From contig OZ252244.1 of NCBI GenBank assembly GCA_965249575.1, positions 192,001 to 256,000 of the forward strand: DNA of 64,000 nt, in the 5' to 3' direction. Under the pieces are notes generated by a model. It searched no databases, was not told where the DNA came from, and saw only the letters and a program-made list of their open reading frames with translations. The translations under genes and the position numbers were made by a program. The stretch is from Gemmatimonadales bacterium. GTDB taxonomy: Bacteria > Gemmatimonadota > Gemmatimonadetes > Gemmatimonadales > GWC2-71-9. Of this stretch, positions 62,220 to 64,000 are shown piece by piece (positions within the stretch are counted from its first letter, which is position 1; each line of letters starts with the position of its first letter).

Positions 62220-62873
62220 ATGACCGGGAAAGTCCGCGAATACGCAACCGACAACATCACCGTAACGTACGACGTGCGGCGTTGCATCCACGCATCAGAG
62301 TGTGTACACGGCCTGCCCGAGGTCTTTGATCCCAAGCGGCGCCCTTGGATCGAACCAGGGAAGGTCGAGCCGGATGCCGTCGCCGACGTCGTCAGGCGCT
62401 GCCCGACCGGTGCCCTGCAGTTCCGCCGCCTGGACGGGGGAGAGCAAGAGCCCGCCCCTCACCGCAACGTGCTCGCGGTGTCCACCGACGGCCCGCTTTA
62501 CCTCTCTGGCGATGTCGAGATCGCCGGTACCGACGGACCCGTTCGCGAGTTCCGGGTCGCGCTCTGCCGCTGTGGTGCTTCCACACACAAGCCCTACTGC
62601 GACGGCCACCACCTGGATGCCAGCTTCACTGACGACGGCACCGTAGACACGAGCCGCGCGCTCGAGACCGCGTCGCCCGAACCCCACGGGAAGCTCGAGA
62701 TTACTCCCAGGCCCGGTGGTCCCTTGCTCTTGAGCGGGGTGGTCGAGATTGTCAGTGCCGACGGCCGCGCCCACGCAGAGTTTCGCAAGACCGCACTCTG
62801 CCGCTGCGGACGCTCCAAAAACAAACCGTTCTGCGATGGCGCGCATAAGGAGAACGTTGACCTTGAGGGTTGA
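62220..62873 (+). CDS. Divergent 4Fe-4S plus two CDGSH iron-sulfur domain protein
   Basis: CIHASECV...CPTGAL; ALCRCG.S..KP.CDG.H twice. Confidence 0.9.
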   Translation: MTGKVREYATDNITVTYDVRRCIHASECVHGLPEVFDPKRRPWIEPGKVEPDAVADVVRRCPTGALQFRRLDGGEQEPAPHRNVLAVSTDGPLYLSGDVEIAGTDGPVREFRVALCRCGASTHKPYCDGHHLDASFTDDGTVDTSRALETASPEPHGKLEITPRPGGPLLLSGVVEIVSADGRAHAEFRKTALCRCGRSKNKPFCDGAHKENVDLEG

Positions 62874-63025
62874 GGAGTAGGGATTAGGGGTTAGGGAAGA
62901 GGACGTAGCGGGACGGGAGCGGCCCGCAGCGCGCGTTCGGTGAGCGACCGCACGACTGGGGATCTGGGCTTACTCGCGAACCGCGGCGCGCGAAGGTCCG
63001 CCCCCGTCCCGACGCGCCCACCCGG

Positions 63026-64000
63026 CTAACAACACCCTCCATCCGCGCAGTACGCTTCCGCGTCCGCCTCGGTCGTCACCGTGTACTCCTGCCCCTTCGT
63101 CTCCTTTGGATGCCGTGGCGCCTTTCGCCGGCAATCGAACTCCGGCCACTCCGACTCGGGCTTTAGCTCCAGTGGCAGCACCGGCTCGAACGCCCCGACA
63201 TACGGCTCGCGGCTCATGATCCCGAAGGTCTTCTCGCACACGGCCTCCCGCACGCCACGATGGAACACGTGCCCATCGTCGTCAACAACCTGCTTCCACG
63301 GCCCCCTGTAGATCAGCCCCTTGTTTGACTCGAGACAGGGTCCGTCCTTGCCCCGGAATGCGCGCACCGTGACCGACCGGAGCTCGATCCCCTCGATGGT
63401 ACGCCAAGGCTTCTCGCCTCGGGCCACGATCTCCACACCATAAAAACCCGCCGCCTCGAACGCCCCGAGAAATCCAGTTTCGGTCATGGCACCCGACACG
63501 CAGCCGGACCAGTGCTCGGGATCGTCCTTCAAGTGGGACGGTACAGGTTCGTCCGCCACGATATCGGAGATCACTGCCCGCCCTCCGCGGGCGAGCACGC
63601 GGTAGATCTCGCGAAACAGAACGGGCTTCTTCTCGTCGCCCACCAAATTCAATACGCAGTTAGAGACAACGACGTCCACCGATTGGTCGGGAATCATCGC
63701 GGCTTCGGCCCGAAGCCTTCGTTGCTCGGCATCCAGCGCGACGGTGTCGTCGGCCGATTGCACGGGATGGGCCGCGAGCCAGCCATCTAACGCTTCGACG
63801 TCCAACGCGAGGTCTTCAATCCGACCCCGACGGAACTCCACGTTGTGCCACCCGACGGCATCACCCACCTTTTCGCGGTGTTGCCGCGCGAGCGCGAGCA
63901 TGTCGGCGTTGAAGTCGACCCCGATCACACGTCCCTCCGGACCCACGATCTGACTCGCTATGTAGCAGGCCTTTCCCGCCCCCGATCCCAAATCGAGCAC
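63026..64000 (-). CDS. Arsenite-methyltransferase-like SAM-dependent methyltransferase; 5' end outside the window
   Basis: LDLGSGAG, DVVVSNCVLNL, WSGCVSGA, C-terminal CC. Confidence 0.8.
   Translation of the reverse strand: MLDLGSGAGKACYIASQIVGPEGRVIGVDFNADMLALARQHREKVGDAVGWHNVEFRRGRIEDLALDVEALDGWLAAHPVQSADDTVALDAEQRRLRAEAAMIPDQSVDVVVSNCVLNLVGDEKKPVLFREIYRVLARGGRAVISDIVADEPVPSHLKDDPEHWSGCVSGAMTETGFLGAFEAAGFYGVEIVARGEKPWRTIEGIELRSVTVRAFRGKDGPCLESNKGLIYRGPWKQVVDDDGHVFHRGVREAVCEKTFGIMSREPYVGAFEPVLPLELKPESEWPEFDCRRKAPRHPKETKGQEYTVTTEADAEAYCADGGCC

Noticed and set aside
63026..63060. Selenocysteine extension of the ArsM-like gene after its terminal CC
   Set aside because: The stop codon is TAG, not TGA.

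Overview
GC-rich bacterial window; gene order and protein families suggest Gemmatimonadota (inference). Bases 1-25.4 kb are a minus-strand housekeeping block: selB, recO, a B12 riboswitch-controlled btuFCDB uptake system, metK, a mannose-family PTS with hprK, nusB, the rib genes, purM, argS and an FmdB-like gene. An accessory region starts at 25.47 kb. It opens with a 2.2-kb element with 54-bp terminal inverted repeats and a 14-bp target-site duplication, followed directly by a second related end and a PolB-like fragment. I interpret this as a tandem casposon-derived array next to an IHF-like 'leader'. Further on are a candidate new selenoprotein (in-frame UGA plus an fdhF-like SECIS, with a second decayed copy) and a decaying pyrrolyl-type NRPS cluster with an Asn module interrupted by an AlbIV/CysH-like PP-loop domain. 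Two tandem GEMM-I riboswitches with the A20 (cGAMP-type) signature precede an Ig-repeat surface lipoprotein. Many gene fragments are fused at deletion scars. All family assignments come from motif recognition by eye; no searches were run.
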